The notes beneath the pieces are model-generated. The model was not told where the DNA came from, did not search any database, and was given only the letters and a program-made list of their open reading frames with translations. The position numbers were made by a program, and so were the translations under genes. Below, piece after piece: positions 9,428 through 19,642 of a stretch of DNA of 64,000 nucleotides. The DNA lies in the IMG/VR virus record IMGVR_UViG_3300013383_000020, positions 32,001-96,000 of that record, one strand, 5' to 3'. This stretch comes from a virus (lineage: Duplodnaviria; Caudoviricetes). Each line of letters begins with the position of its first letter. Position 1 is the first letter of the stretch.

Positions 9428-9958
9428 GTGATGAATATGTTGCCACAGATTCAGTATGACAAAGCATTACTTGGCAAAATGAAAAGCAATTACTTTAATG
9501 CAAAGGCATTATATGAAACCATTAAGGCAAATGCAGAAGAGATTCAGAGAAAAGTTCTTGCAGAGAATGAGTTCTACGAGACAGAAGATGTTGCGGAGAT
9601 GATGGAAAAGAGAGGTGGAACTGGTAAGCCAGAACGGATTCTTGATCCTGATTTAACATATATGATGGATTTAGATAATGAGTTGCCACGATTCATTGAT
9701 TTGTGCTATCCAGAATATGTGAAAGCAGGTATTGCAGATCCAAGAGGTAAAGATTATATACCAGAAGCAAATGCAAAAGATTTGATGTATGAAGCAGAAA
9801 AGCAGCTTGTAGAGTATGGAATTGATATTATTCCTGACGAATTTGGAGAAAAGGAAACTCTTAGAAAGGCAGTACAGATGATTAAGTACAGAGATAAAGT
9901 GCTTGATTTGGTATTGAGATTAGAAAGTACGGAGGTTGAAAATTATGCAGATTATTAG
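9428..9958 (+). CDS. hypothetical acidic protein
   Basis: AAGGAG SD; 176 aa. Confidence 0.75.
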   Translation: MMNMLPQIQYDKALLGKMKSNYFNAKALYETIKANAEEIQRKVLAENEFYETEDVAEMMEKRGGTGKPERILDPDLTYMMDLDNELPRFIDLCYPEYVKAGIADPRGKDYIPEANAKDLMYEAEKQLVEYGIDIIPDEFGEKETLRKAVQMIKYRDKVLDLVLRLESTEVENYADY

Positions 9959-10277
9959 AAAAGGAACTACACCAAACGGAACAGATATTCAAATTGAAGA
10001 TTGGAGCGAAGACTATTCTTGTTATAACAAAAATGCAACTATTGGATTTTATCCAATGGCATTAGAAAGTATTTATAGAGAAGATCATCCAGATTAGACA
10101 CCATATCCAAAGAGAGGTGAAACATTCAGAGCTTCATTCGATTTTGAGACAGAAGCGGATGCATTAGAAGCATTTGTATTATTAGAAAATGGTTGTAAAT
10201 GTTTTATGGACTACATAGACCATTTTGCAACCAACGTTATACCAAAAGTAAATTTTATAAAAGCAATTGGCAATTGA
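9945..10277 (+). pseudogene. hypothetical protein interrupted by in-frame TAG
   Basis: GGAGG SD, ATG 9945, single TAG at 10095-10097; frame continues to TGA 10277. Confidence 0.7.
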
Positions 10278-10322
10278 AATTGTAATTTATAGTGAAATTT
10301 TAGAAAGGTAATGGTGAATAGT

Positions 10323-10631
10323 ATGAAAAAAATTATTAACGGAAAGATGTATAACACAGAAACAGCAAAGGAAATTGCTACATGGAGTAATTCATATAAT
10401 TATGGTGATTTTAACTATTGCGAAGAAACACTTTACAAAAAGAAAACGGGTGAATATTTCCTGTATGGTGAAGGTGGAGCATTAAGTAAATATGCAAGAT
10501 CGTGTGGAAGTAACGGAAGTTGTGGCGGCACTGAATTTATTCCATTCAGCGAAAATGAAGCAAAGGAATGGATGGAAAACAATGCAGATGCAGATGATTA
10601 TATTGCAGAATTCGGAGAAGTTGAAGAATAA
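10323..10631 (+). CDS. hypothetical acidic phage protein
   Basis: MKKIINGKMYNTETAKEIA...; acidic C-terminus. Confidence 0.75.
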   Translation: MKKIINGKMYNTETAKEIATWSNSYNYGDFNYCEETLYKKKTGEYFLYGEGGALSKYARSCGSNGSCGGTEFIPFSENEAKEWMENNADADDYIAEFGEVEE

Positions 10632-10735
10632 TACAGAGAATAATAAGGCAGACGCAAACAAATGTGTCTGTCTTATTTATTAGAAGGAGAATGCGAAATG
10701 AGAGAGTGCATATATGTATAGGAAGGATAGATATT

Positions 10736-10909
10736 ATGAAAAGAAAAACATATAACAATGTATTAAAAGCTGCAAAGCTGATTCAAAAGAAAGGATATGA
10801 ACAGAAAGAAGCGTTGGAAATTGCAGTACAGAAATTTGATGAGTTAGAACAAATGCACAATGGAATGTCCGTTGAGTGGCTGATTAGTAAGATGTCTGTA
10901 AAAAAATAA
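10736..10909 (+). CDS. hypothetical protein
   Basis: AAGGA SD before ATG 10736. Confidence 0.6.
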   Translation: MKRKTYNNVLKAAKLIQKKGYEQKEALEIAVQKFDELEQMHNGMSVEWLISKMSVKK

Positions 10910-11013
10910 AACCAAAGGAAAGAACTGTTTCAACGGAGAATATTATAACGGATAGAAAAGCAGAGATTATATATCCCTGCTTTTTCTATAAATACATAGT
11001 AGGAGGTGTCAGT

Positions 11014-11118
11014 ATGATTAGACCATATCCGAAGTATGGTTACTGGTATATTCCTGGATGCAATATTCAGTTTGAATCTGATGATGCAGCAATGGAATAT
11101 ATTAGGGAATACTACTAA
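11014..11118 (+). CDS. small aromatic/acidic protein (34 aa)
   Basis: AGGAGGT SD; MIRPYPKYGYWYIPGCNIQFESDDAAMEYIREYY. Confidence 0.65.
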   Translation: MIRPYPKYGYWYIPGCNIQFESDDAAMEYIREYY

Positions 11119-11199
11119 CAACAAGGGATATCAGTGCTAGCTGGTATCCCAAACTCCTATATGGATTATAACACAAAAGTAAGGAAAGAGGTCAATAAA

Positions 11200-11370
11200 A
11201 TGGCAAAATTTAATGTTAGATATTATGAGTGTTATGAAGGATATTATGAAGTGGAGGCAAATAGTAGAGAAGAAGCAGAAAAAATAATAATTGAAGATAT
11301 TTGCGAAGGTAGAGAAAACGCACCAGATCAGTGTTATGATAGTGGTGTAGAAGCTACGGAAATGGAGTGA
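11200..11370 (+). CDS. small acidic protein
   Basis: GAGG SD; ...YEVEANSREEAE... motif. Confidence 0.65.
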   Translation: MAKFNVRYYECYEGYYEVEANSREEAEKIIIEDICEGRENAPDQCYDSGVEATEME

Positions 11371-11376
11371 TAAATT

Positions 11377-11592
11377 ATGTACAAAACATATTATAGAGTT
11401 GAAATGGTAAATGGAAGCGGTAGTTTCCCAGATAAATACAATACATACGAAGCAGCATATGATGCAATGTGCAAGAATTATGTAAGAGAAATTAATGAAG
11501 GATACAAACCAACATTATATAAAATTGTAAGATATAGCCATTCAGAATTTGATGGTCGTAAAAATACAATGATTCAGCCGTGTTGGAGTTAG
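11377..11592 (+). CDS. hypothetical protein
   Basis: ORF with GGAG SD. Confidence 0.65.
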   Translation: MYKTYYRVEMVNGSGSFPDKYNTYEAAYDAMCKNYVREINEGYKPTLYKIVRYSHSEFDGRKNTMIQPCWS

Positions 11593-11604
11593 GAGAGTGA
11601 TTAT

Positions 11605-11970
11605 ATGGTAACAGAAAACGGAATGGTTATGATGACATTAGGCGAATATCATAGCTTAAATGTAACAAAGAATAAGGTAAAAGAGATTGAAAAGTCAAAC
11701 GAGATGTTACGCAAGGCAATGATACAGTTGACTGGTAAAGGCAATACAACAGATATTAAAGTTTCTCGTTCAGATTTTGTTAAAATGCACGACATGGCAG
11801 TAAACGAAATGTTTGAAACTAATAGCAATGAGAATGATGTTTATGGACATGATATTACAGTACATTGGCATGGAATGTATTGTAGTTGTTCAGATGGAGC
11901 GACACCGAATAATTACATAATTCCTGCAATAATGGATTGTGATGAAGAATTAGATTGGGAGGAGGAATAA
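11605..11970 (+). CDS. hypothetical protein
   Basis: ORF with GGAG SD. Confidence 0.7.
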   Translation: MVTENGMVMMTLGEYHSLNVTKNKVKEIEKSNEMLRKAMIQLTGKGNTTDIKVSRSDFVKMHDMAVNEMFETNSNENDVYGHDITVHWHGMYCSCSDGATPNNYIIPAIMDCDEELDWEEE

Positions 11971-12257
11971 TGCAAATGAGAGAATTTATAGTCAGATGGA
12001 CAGCAGATGGATATTGCGTAGACTTTTACCATATGGTAGTTGCTGAGTCTTTAGATAAGGCAAAAGAATTATGGAATGAATATGTAAATACACATAAAGA
12101 TATTCAGTATTCTTGGAAGAAGGTAAGCAATGCAGTTAAATATCATCATGGTGGATATATTACATGGAAAGATAATGGAGAAAGTAACAAGGCTGAAGGT
12201 TGTTACGAAATGGAAAATGTGAATACCTATGAAGGTAGCGATCATTTAAGAGATTAA
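11970..12257 (+). CDS. hypothetical protein
   Basis: GGAGG SD; TAATG coupling. Confidence 0.7.
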   Translation: MQMREFIVRWTADGYCVDFYHMVVAESLDKAKELWNEYVNTHKDIQYSWKKVSNAVKYHHGGYITWKDNGESNKAEGCYEMENVNTYEGSDHLRD

Positions 12258-12330
12258 AGGTAGTCCAAAATCGAAAGAGATTGGATAGAGGTTGAGGTTC
12301 ACAGCCAGTTACTTGTGGTAGCGAATGGAA
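12255..12330 (+). ncRNA. conserved three-hairpin element, copy 1
   Basis: Near-identical to 17047-17123; covarying third copy at 31411-31494. Confidence 0.55.
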
Positions 12331-12378
12331 ATAAAAAGCCAATGAATCGATGATTTACTGTGGAAAGGAGTAATAGAA

Positions 12379-12852
12379 ATGCATGAAGATTTTGAACCAT
12401 TAGACGAATATAATGGCAATATTATTAGAATTGACCGTCTTATTGAATTTCTTCCAACTGAACATTGGTCATGGGATGATACTAGGGAAATAAATTTAGA
12501 TGATATTTCAGTTGCTATTCATAAAGCAATTTCAGAAGTGTCTGAGCCATATGGAGATACATGGAAACATCCTGTACTAGAACAGAAATCAAGAGATTGG
12601 CATATAGGAAGAATTATTTATTTTATCAATCATCCAAAGGAGATTAGAGATATTGAGATTGATAATGAATGCGACAATGGGTTTATTCTTCCACAGCCTT
12701 TCATTGTAGATGGCTGGCACAGATACGCAGCGGCAAGATGGTTATATGACCAAGGTAAACTGACAGAAATTCATTGTAGATATGGTGGCAGAATGGACAT
12801 ACTTGAATATTTACAGGGAAAGACAGATAGTTTTGACAGTGAACCTGTATGA
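12379..12852 (+). CDS. ParB/Sulfiredoxin-like domain protein
   Basis: IVDGWHRYAA motif. Confidence 0.6.
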   Translation: MHEDFEPLDEYNGNIIRIDRLIEFLPTEHWSWDDTREINLDDISVAIHKAISEVSEPYGDTWKHPVLEQKSRDWHIGRIIYFINHPKEIRDIEIDNECDNGFILPQPFIVDGWHRYAAARWLYDQGKLTEIHCRYGGRMDILEYLQGKTDSFDSEPV

Positions 12853-13002
12853 CATAATATAAAGAAACGGAAAATTCAAAGAAATATTCGCAAAAGTCAA
12901 CTTTGCGAATATTTCTTTGAAATAATATTACACGTGTCAAGAGAATAAATAAGAGGTTGATTAATTCGATCTCTTATTTTGATGGAAAGGAGATTGATAA
13001 AA

Positions 13003-13203
13003 ATGCGATATGTAATAAGGAATAGACATGCTGGGAATTTCATTGATGAATATGATGATAAAAATAAGGCAATTTATACGTTGGATTTATTTGAAGCACA
13101 GGATTTAATTGATGGAATTTATGAACCACACTTTTATGAAGTATATGACACTGTAAATGAAGAATCAATTTACGAAGGGAGATATCCTAATGCCAATATT
13201 TGA
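13003..13203 (+). CDS. hypothetical protein
   Basis: AAGGAG SD before ATG 13003. Confidence 0.6.
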   Translation: MRYVIRNRHAGNFIDEYDDKNKAIYTLDLFEAQDLIDGIYEPHFYEVYDTVNEESIYEGRYPNANI

Positions 13204-13396
13204 TTTGTCCGGTTGGAATGTGAAAACATGGAAATATAATTCACGGAATGTTGAAGAACAGCTACATAAAAAGAATGCTTGGATTGCAAAGAATTACAAA
13301 CGGTATCAAATTGAGGAAATATATGTAGATGGAGCATGGGCAATACAGTACAGAAGGAGGGAAAAAAATGGAATATGTGAGTTGTGTTGTGGATGA
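13190..13396 (+). CDS. hypothetical protein
   Basis: GGGAG SD. Confidence 0.55.
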   Translation: MPIFDLSGWNVKTWKYNSRNVEEQLHKKNAWIAKNYKRYQIEEIYVDGAWAIQYRRREKNGICELCCG

Positions 13397-13511
13397 ACTT
13401 GGAACACCAATGTATCGAGTGTCGTACTTGGAACAACGAGGATGTTTAGATGAAGTATTAGATAACCATCCTGAATGGAGAGTTATATGTTTGCTGTTTG
13501 GAGAGGAGTGA
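13368..13511 (+). CDS. hypothetical protein
   Basis: AGGAGG SD. Confidence 0.55.
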   Translation: MEYVSCVVDELGTPMYRVSYLEQRGCLDEVLDNHPEWRVICLLFGEE

Positions 13512-13606
13512 TTGTATGTATATAGCTCAAATGCCAAAAGTTATAACAAAGAAATAGTAGAGAATATATAAATATGGTATAATTAAACTGAAGGAGGTTG
13601 ATTTAG

Positions 13607-13822
13607 ATGGGAGTTTTAATTTTAATAATTATTGTAATTGTTCTTATAAGTTTAATTTTGAGTGATCCAGGAACAAGTAGTTCAACAACTACAACAAAAT
13701 ATACACCACAACGTAAGTTCGGTGATGGAGCAAGTATGTATGATTTTAAGGATTATGTAAATACAAAAGCAGACAAACACTTGAAAGAAATGGAAGCGAA
13801 GAGAGAAAATAAATTTAGATAG
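13607..13822 (+). CDS. small membrane protein
   Basis: N-terminal hydrophobic helix; AGGAGG SD; TGGTATAAT extended -10 upstream. Confidence 0.7.
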   Translation: MGVLILIIIVIVLISLILSDPGTSSSTTTTKYTPQRKFGDGASMYDFKDYVNTKADKHLKEMEAKRENKFR

Positions 13823-13839
13823 AATAGAAAGTGAGGTCG

Positions 13840-14496
13840 ATGATTATGTTAGGAGCATTATTATATGGAGCAATGTCAGCAGTGTGTGGACTTGGTAGAG
13901 CTGTTGATAACGAAAAAACTAAAATAAATACTACACATGTGAACGAAAAGGGACAAACAGTGTATTATGATAGAAACTGTTGTTGCTATATAAATAACGA
14001 AAAGGTGTACAACTGGACAGAAATTGATAAATATGGTCGTACACATCGACTAACAATCGGTATGAATAGTGGTCGTGTTTATAATGATACGTGGGATAAA
14101 ATAACCACAGAAGATGATTGTAAAACAAAAGAGTCATACGAGGATGCAGTTAGAAGAGGTTGGTTAGCTTATACAGATTATAGCGACTACAGATTTGCTT
14201 GCAATTCTGGTGTAACAAAAGAAATTAGTACAGGAAAAGTGATAAATTGTCTCGATGAAGTGTATAATCTTACAACAAGAAAAAAAGAGTATAGAAAATG
14301 GTATGTTACAGAAGCTGCATTAAAGGAACATGGGAAATATGCATATAAGAATACTGCAAAAGGTGATTACGGAATTGTAATTACGAAAGAAGAATATTGG
14401 AAACTTGGGGGTAAATGTGCATTTAATATGGCTCATACTCCAACAGATCGGATTGTATGGGAAAAATTATATGGAATAGGAGGCACACATGAATAA
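13840..14496 (+). CDS. hypothetical membrane-anchored protein
   Basis: GAGG SD; N-terminal hydrophobic segment. Confidence 0.7.
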   Translation: MIMLGALLYGAMSAVCGLGRAVDNEKTKINTTHVNEKGQTVYYDRNCCCYINNEKVYNWTEIDKYGRTHRLTIGMNSGRVYNDTWDKITTEDDCKTKESYEDAVRRGWLAYTDYSDYRFACNSGVTKEISTGKVINCLDEVYNLTTRKKEYRKWYVTEAALKEHGKYAYKNTAKGDYGIVITKEEYWKLGGKCAFNMAHTPTDRIVWEKLYGIGGTHE

Positions 14497-14736
14497 AGAA
14501 CGCAGACGTAGTATTAATAACATCAAGGCAAACATAGCAAGATTAAAGAAGGAATTGCAGATTTATCATCAGAATTATCTATTGTATTAGACCAGGAGCA
14601 GGACACATTTGATAATATGCCAGAAGGATTACAAAGCAGCTACAGAGGAATGTGTTCTGAAGATGCTATTGATTCTATGGAAGAGGCAAGCGAAAAACTT
14701 GACGAAGTGATTGAGTTGTTAAATGATATTGTGTAG
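14489..14736 (+). pseudogene. frameshifted small coiled-coil phage protein
   Basis: MNKERRRSI... shifts frame near 14560 into ...LDQEQDTFDNMPEGLQSSYRG... Confidence 0.65.
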
Positions 14737-14778
14737 AATGGAAACATAAGAAGTAATAGTTTCTTTGGAAGATTCAAT

Positions 14779-14820
14779 CAATATATTGTGGTTGTGAGAT
14801 GCATAAAACACAATATATAG
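14779..14820. promoter_or_regulatory. tandem NrdR-box-like pair
   Basis: CAATATATTG 14779 and CAATATATAG 14811, 32 bp apart. Confidence 0.6.
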
Positions 14821-14949
14821 TATAAGGCAAACGCAAACCGCTAGTAGTAAAACACTGGCGGTTATTTTTTAACTAATAAGTGTTGAAAATGTGTTGACAT
14901 ATTCAATAATAAGTGATACGATATAGGAAATCAAAGGAGGTGCATTTGG

Positions 14950-15120
14950 TTGAGAACAAAATTTAACACTTCCATTGATTCAGAGATCCTACAGAAATTC
15001 AAAAACAAATGCAAAGAAGATAAATTGCCAGTAAGTGTTGTACTTGAGCGATTTATGAAAGGTTATATTGAAGACAAATTTGTTCTTGGAATGATGTGGT
15101 CTGATAATAATGGAAAATAA
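14950..15120 (+). CDS. ribbon-helix-helix protein, paralog of 6576-6761
   Basis: AGGAGGT SD, TTG start; RTKFNTSIDSEILQKFKNKC...VSVVLERFMKGYI; TTGACA-17-TACGAT promoter at 14895. Confidence 0.7.
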   Translation: MRTKFNTSIDSEILQKFKNKCKEDKLPVSVVLERFMKGYIEDKFVLGMMWSDNNGK

Positions 15121-15393
15121 AAAGAGCAGGTTCTCCACCGTCCAAAGCGAAAACCTACTCTTAGAACAACTTGAACCTAAGTCCTAGTCATTACATATTA
15201 TATCGTATTTTCTGGACTTATTCAAGTCACATTTTCCAAACAAAAATTGCGTACCTTGAAAACTGAATAACAGATTGGCTATCTGTAAAAGCCGTCGTGA
15301 TGGAGTTGGAATACTCTCGATAGTCTGCGAGCAAAATGGAGAATAAACATTAGAAGGCTATCAACAAATTTATATAAGAAAGGAAGATACGAT

Positions 15394-16104
15394 ATGAAAG
15401 AAGTATTAGAAACAAGAAATGAGATTGAAATTTTTAACAATGAGAATTTCGGACAGATTAGAACTATTGTAATTGATGGAAATCCTTGGTTCGTAGCAAA
15501 AGATGTTTGCGACATTCTTGGAACAACAAATCCAACAATGGCAATGGATGGGTTAGAGGATTTTGAACGGGCTAAGTTTAACTTAGGTCGTCAGGGTGAA
15601 GCAAATATCATAAGTGAAAGTGGATTTTATACACTTGTACTTAGAAGTAGAAAGCCAATTGCAAAGCCATTTAGAATTTGGGTAACGTCAGAGGTTCTTC
15701 CATCAATCAGAAAGACGGGCAGTTATGTTGCAACTCAATCTAATAAAGTAGAAACAATGCTTGAAGATATGGGCTGCAATATGAAAGTTGTGTATGCTCA
15801 GATTAACAATATGGAAAATATGTTGGGCGAGCAGACAGAAAAATTAAATCAGGTAGTAGATAATATGACTCTTACTACAAGACAGCAACAGAGAATTTAC
15901 AAAGCAGCGAAAGATAGAATCAATCAGTTGCTTGGTGGTGCTCATTCAAAAGAATACAAGGCAAATTCAAAAAGCTATTTTATAAATCTTTGGAATGGAT
16001 TGAAGAGTGAGTTCGGGTGTGGCAGTTCTTATAAGGATCTGAATCCTATTTACTTTGATGACGCAATGAATTTCATTCAGAATTGGATTTACATAGAAGA
16101 TTAA
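15394..16104 (+). CDS. BRO-N domain antirepressor with ORF6C-like C-terminus
   Basis: FGQIRTIVIDGNPWFVAKDVC...ISESGFYTLVLRSRKP.AK.F..WVTSEVLPSIRKTG. Confidence 0.9.
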   Translation: MKEVLETRNEIEIFNNENFGQIRTIVIDGNPWFVAKDVCDILGTTNPTMAMDGLEDFERAKFNLGRQGEANIISESGFYTLVLRSRKPIAKPFRIWVTSEVLPSIRKTGSYVATQSNKVETMLEDMGCNMKVVYAQINNMENMLGEQTEKLNQVVDNMTLTTRQQQRIYKAAKDRINQLLGGAHSKEYKANSKSYFINLWNGLKSEFGCGSSYKDLNPIYFDDAMNFIQNWIYIED

Positions 16105-16124
16105 AATATAGAAAGGATTAATAA

Positions 16125-16970
16125 ATGGATTATATAGATATAAACAAACTTACAGAAGAAGAAAAAGTGAAGGCATTAAGAAATTTTTCGGAGCTAATGA
16201 CACAATATGAAACAATGAGAAAGAATATTTCGGATATTGTATATGAATTAAAAAATAGATATGAGACTGAAGGAGAAACTGAAAAATTATGTACAGACAT
16301 TCTTAGTCAATATATTAAAAATTATGGGAAGAAACATAACTATGTGTACTTCTTTAGGAATAAATACAATAATTTAGTAAAAATAGGCTGTACGACAGAT
16401 ATTGTAAAACGCTATGGAGATATTAAATCAATATGTAAAAATTATATTGGAATGGAAGATGCATTGCGAATAGAAGGAGCAATAGATACTTCTTTTATCA
16501 AGCCGGAAAAGGTGGAAAAATATTTACATGAAAAATATAAGAAGTATCGTAAATTTGGTGAATGGTTTGAGTTTCCAGATGATGTATGGAAAGAACTTTA
16601 CTATCTTTTTATAGAAGGTGATAATTTTGCAGAAATGATAAATGATAAAGATGTCGAGAAATTGGATATCCCAAATAAAATACATAACATTATGTATGTT
16701 GGCTCTCCTGCGGACAATGAATTTATCAAGCTATTATCAAATAATACAAAGACAAAAGAAATTGAAAGAGAATTAGTGGAAATGTATATTGATAAACTTA
16801 CTAATATGTTATCTGGAATTCATTTCAAGGTAAAATTCTTTAATGAGGATGAGCCATTTTATAGATTATTGTACATGGATTTTATGGATAAATTCGTAGA
16901 AGAAAAATTTGATTTGTCAATTTATACGTTTGAGCATATGAAAAATTATTATATGAATCAAACTGAATAA
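16125..16970 (+). CDS. T5orf172/GIY-YIG-like domain protein
   Basis: YVYF...VKIGCT...R...E..LH...GEWF. Confidence 0.75.
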   Translation: MDYIDINKLTEEEKVKALRNFSELMTQYETMRKNISDIVYELKNRYETEGETEKLCTDILSQYIKNYGKKHNYVYFFRNKYNNLVKIGCTTDIVKRYGDIKSICKNYIGMEDALRIEGAIDTSFIKPEKVEKYLHEKYKKYRKFGEWFEFPDDVWKELYYLFIEGDNFAEMINDKDVEKLDIPNKIHNIMYVGSPADNEFIKLLSNNTKTKEIERELVEMYIDKLTNMLSGIHFKVKFFNEDEPFYRLLYMDFMDKFVEEKFDLSIYTFEHMKNYYMNQTE

Positions 16971-17046
16971 ATAATAATCTGAGTGCTGATATGAAGCATT
17001 CGACTTGTTCTATACTTCTCAAGTCAAAAGAAGTAGTGTATAATAA

Positions 17047-17123
17047 TAAAGGTAATCCAAAATCGAAAGAGATTGGATAGAGGTTGGGGGTTTACAGCCA
17101 GTTACTTATGGTAGCAAATGGAA
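17047..17123 (+). ncRNA. conserved three-hairpin element, copy 2
   Basis: Near-identical to 12255-12330. Confidence 0.55.
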
Positions 17124-17236
17124 AATAATTTCCAATGAATCCAAGTTTTCTTATTAAAGCAGAGAAAATATAGAAATAAGTATTAGAAGCAGAAATCAAC
17201 TGCTTCTTTTTTATTACAGAAAATGAGGTGATGAAT

Positions 17237-17527
17237 ATGTGCAGATATAAAAATGGAAATCCAAAAAGAACTTCTCAGTTTTTGTGCTTACATTGTATGA
17301 AAATAAACCAATTATCAGGAATACAGAGAGGAGGACACCAAAGGGAGAAATATCATATAAAAGATCTTTTATGTATTAATAAGGAATGCAAGAATCTTCC
17401 TTATACAAAAAATTTAGAGATCAGATGGTGTGATACATACGAAGAAGTGTATGAAAAGGCAATACAAATAAGAAGGCATTATTATTCAGACAAAATAGAG
17501 AATAATACAAATAGAAAGGTGTGTTGA
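17237..17527 (+). CDS. zinc-finger protein
   Basis: CxxC...QR...H.KDL.C motif. Confidence 0.65.
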   Translation: MCRYKNGNPKRTSQFLCLHCMKINQLSGIQRGGHQREKYHIKDLLCINKECKNLPYTKNLEIRWCDTYEEVYEKAIQIRRHYYSDKIENNTNRKVC

Positions 17528-17532
17528 TAGAT

Positions 17533-17805
17533 ATGGAATATGAAATAACTAATATTGGAAGCTCAGAAATTAAAGATATTCACCATATTGGAATTAATTA
17601 TGATGGCAACTATTACAGTGTAATTTTTGGCAAATATATTAATGGTGGATTCTTTAGTATTCCAAACTGGAATTGTGGTGGTGAACTGGCGAACTTTAGC
17701 GATGTGTTTTGGAATACCGAATCTATTTATAGAGCGTTAAAGAGAAAGAAAACAGCAAGAGTAATAGCACAAGCTATAGCTGACTATATGAAGGAGTGTG
17801 ATTGA
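17533..17805 (+). CDS. hypothetical protein
   Basis: ORF with SD. Confidence 0.7.
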   Translation: MEYEITNIGSSEIKDIHHIGINYDGNYYSVIFGKYINGGFFSIPNWNCGGELANFSDVFWNTESIYRALKRKKTARVIAQAIADYMKECD

Positions 17806-17806
17806 T

Positions 17807-18838
17807 ATGGCACAGACAAGAGACTACGCAACAAAGAAAAAGGGTAAAACTAAGGGTTATCCATTTTGGAATATGGAAGATATTAAGGGAATGATTGATT
17901 ATTTTCGGAACAATCAATTATGGAATGATTATTTGAAATTTATGTTGTTATTTTTATTTGGGAGAAGAGTAGGAGACACATTAGATATGGTGTGGTCTGA
18001 TATTTTTTATCCAAATGGAACAATAAAGGATGAGATTAGAACAATTGAGGAACAAAAGACTGGGAAATACAATATCATATATATTTCACCATATGCAAAG
18101 CAGGTTATTAAAGAATATCTACAGATAACAGGCATCAATCCATTATATGATTTAAATGACTATATTTTTCCATATGAGTTGAAGTATGAATGGAGAAAAA
18201 TGGAGAACGATGATTTTTTTCATGAAACAGAATCTACAAATTATTCTGATAATGAAGCATTAGAAATGATTAACAGGTTTGTAGAGTTATACAACAAAGA
18301 TTATAGCGAAGATAGAATTAAAAAGATTTTAAATGAGTGGAGAAAGCATCAAAAAGAATTTAAAACTTTAGGAGAATATATATATAAAGAAGTAATTTTT
18401 AAAGATATTTCAAAATGGCAAATTGGAGCATTTGATAAAATTTTTAAAAAAGCAGTGGAATTTAACAAAATTCAATACAAGGTGACGATTCACAGTATAA
18501 GGCGTTCCTTTGGATATTATAGTAAAGTAATTCATCCACATGATATGTTATGTTTGGAAACTTTACAGAATATTTTTGGACACAGTGACACACAAACAAC
18601 TATGCATTATATTGGTTTATCTGAAGAAAGAGAAAGAATGTATTATACCGATATTGGAGATTTTTTAAATGGTGTATCAAATGGGAATTATGATCTAAAG
18701 AAGAATAGCCCCGTAATAACAATAAAAGAACAAGACTTAAGAAAGATTTTATTAAAAGCCATTAAACTAAACTCTAATGATGCAGCGATATCTTTAAATC
18801 AAATATTAGACGAAATTGATGAGGTGAAATTAGAATGA
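17807..18838 (+). CDS. tyrosine recombinase (integrase family)
   Basis: Full catalytic set: GRRVGD (R), EQKTGK (K), HSIRR (H-x-x-R), FGHS (H), TMHYIG (Y). Confidence 0.9.
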   Translation: MAQTRDYATKKKGKTKGYPFWNMEDIKGMIDYFRNNQLWNDYLKFMLLFLFGRRVGDTLDMVWSDIFYPNGTIKDEIRTIEEQKTGKYNIIYISPYAKQVIKEYLQITGINPLYDLNDYIFPYELKYEWRKMENDDFFHETESTNYSDNEALEMINRFVELYNKDYSEDRIKKILNEWRKHQKEFKTLGEYIYKEVIFKDISKWQIGAFDKIFKKAVEFNKIQYKVTIHSIRRSFGYYSKVIHPHDMLCLETLQNIFGHSDTQTTMHYIGLSEERERMYYTDIGDFLNGVSNGNYDLKKNSPVITIKEQDLRKILLKAIKLNSNDAAISLNQILDEIDEVKLE

Positions 18839-18883
18839 AACAAATGAGATGAGAGTAATATAAATATGTAAGGACGACACAGA

Positions 18884-19096
18884 TTATTTCGTGTCGTCCT
18901 TGGTATCAAAAATGAGTATATCATTAGGGGTGCAATTTAAAACATGACATAGACTTTCTAGGGTGTCAAAATAAATTCGTTCAACATTGCCCGTATATAA
19001 ATTACAAGCTGCTTGATAACCGATTTTTAATTCCTTCGACAATTGATTTCGATTCATACCTTTTGAATCAACCAAAGGTTTGATATTTAATTTCAT
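18884..19096 (-). CDS. XRE/Cro-C1 HTH transcriptional regulator
   Basis: MNRNQLSKELKIGYQAACNL...TLESLCHVLNCTPNDIL; divergent from mazF-like gene. Confidence 0.85.
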   Translation of the reverse strand: MKLNIKPLVDSKGMNRNQLSKELKIGYQAACNLYTGNVERIYFDTLESLCHVLNCTPNDILIFDTKDDTK

Positions 19097-19258
19097 GCGT
19101 ATACCTCCTTAACAATATGTAGTTTAGCATATAATCTTAACAAAATAAATATGTTTTCAACATTATATGCTTGACAATATAATGTTAATAGTGTATAGTA
19201 TGAAATATCAAAGGTAATCCACGAGTACATAAATACAAAAGAGAGGAGGAACGTACAT

Positions 19259-19642
19259 ATGGATTTACAGAGATACGATGTTATAAAAGCAAAAATCAAA
19301 TATCAAGGCGAAGGATCAGTCCAGACTAAAGAACGTCCATATGTTATTGTGTCAAATCCGATAGGAATTAAACATGCAACTATAATCACAGTGATGCCTT
19401 TGACTTCTAAAATAAAGAAAATGAATATGCCTGTTCATGGTTGCATTAATGCAGACGATGATAATGGTTTAACAGAGTATTCTATGGTGCTCGGAGAACA
19501 AATTATAACAATATCCAAGGACGAAGTTATTGAAAGACTTGGAAATGTTACTGATCGCAATGAACGAAAACTTATAGATAAGGTTTGTTTCAATGGTTTG
19601 TTTTTTGGAACTGAATATAGATTAGAGGGGGCGAGAGTGTAA
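19259..19642 (+). CDS. PemK/MazF family endoribonuclease
   Basis: GSVQTKERPYVIVSN...VMPLTSK...SMVLGEQIITISK; TTGACA promoter at 19171. Confidence 0.85.
   Translation: MDLQRYDVIKAKIKYQGEGSVQTKERPYVIVSNPIGIKHATIITVMPLTSKIKKMNMPVHGCINADDDNGLTEYSMVLGEQIITISKDEVIERLGNVTDRNERKLIDKVCFNGLFFGTEYRLEGARV

Noticed and set aside
9945-10277. TAG stop-codon reassignment (in-frame TAG, two Gln tRNAs)
   Set aside because: Many genes end at TAG followed by a new SD or site, long genes are uninterrupted in code 11, and both Gln tRNAs read TTG, not CTA; a single TGG-to-TAG mutation is simpler.
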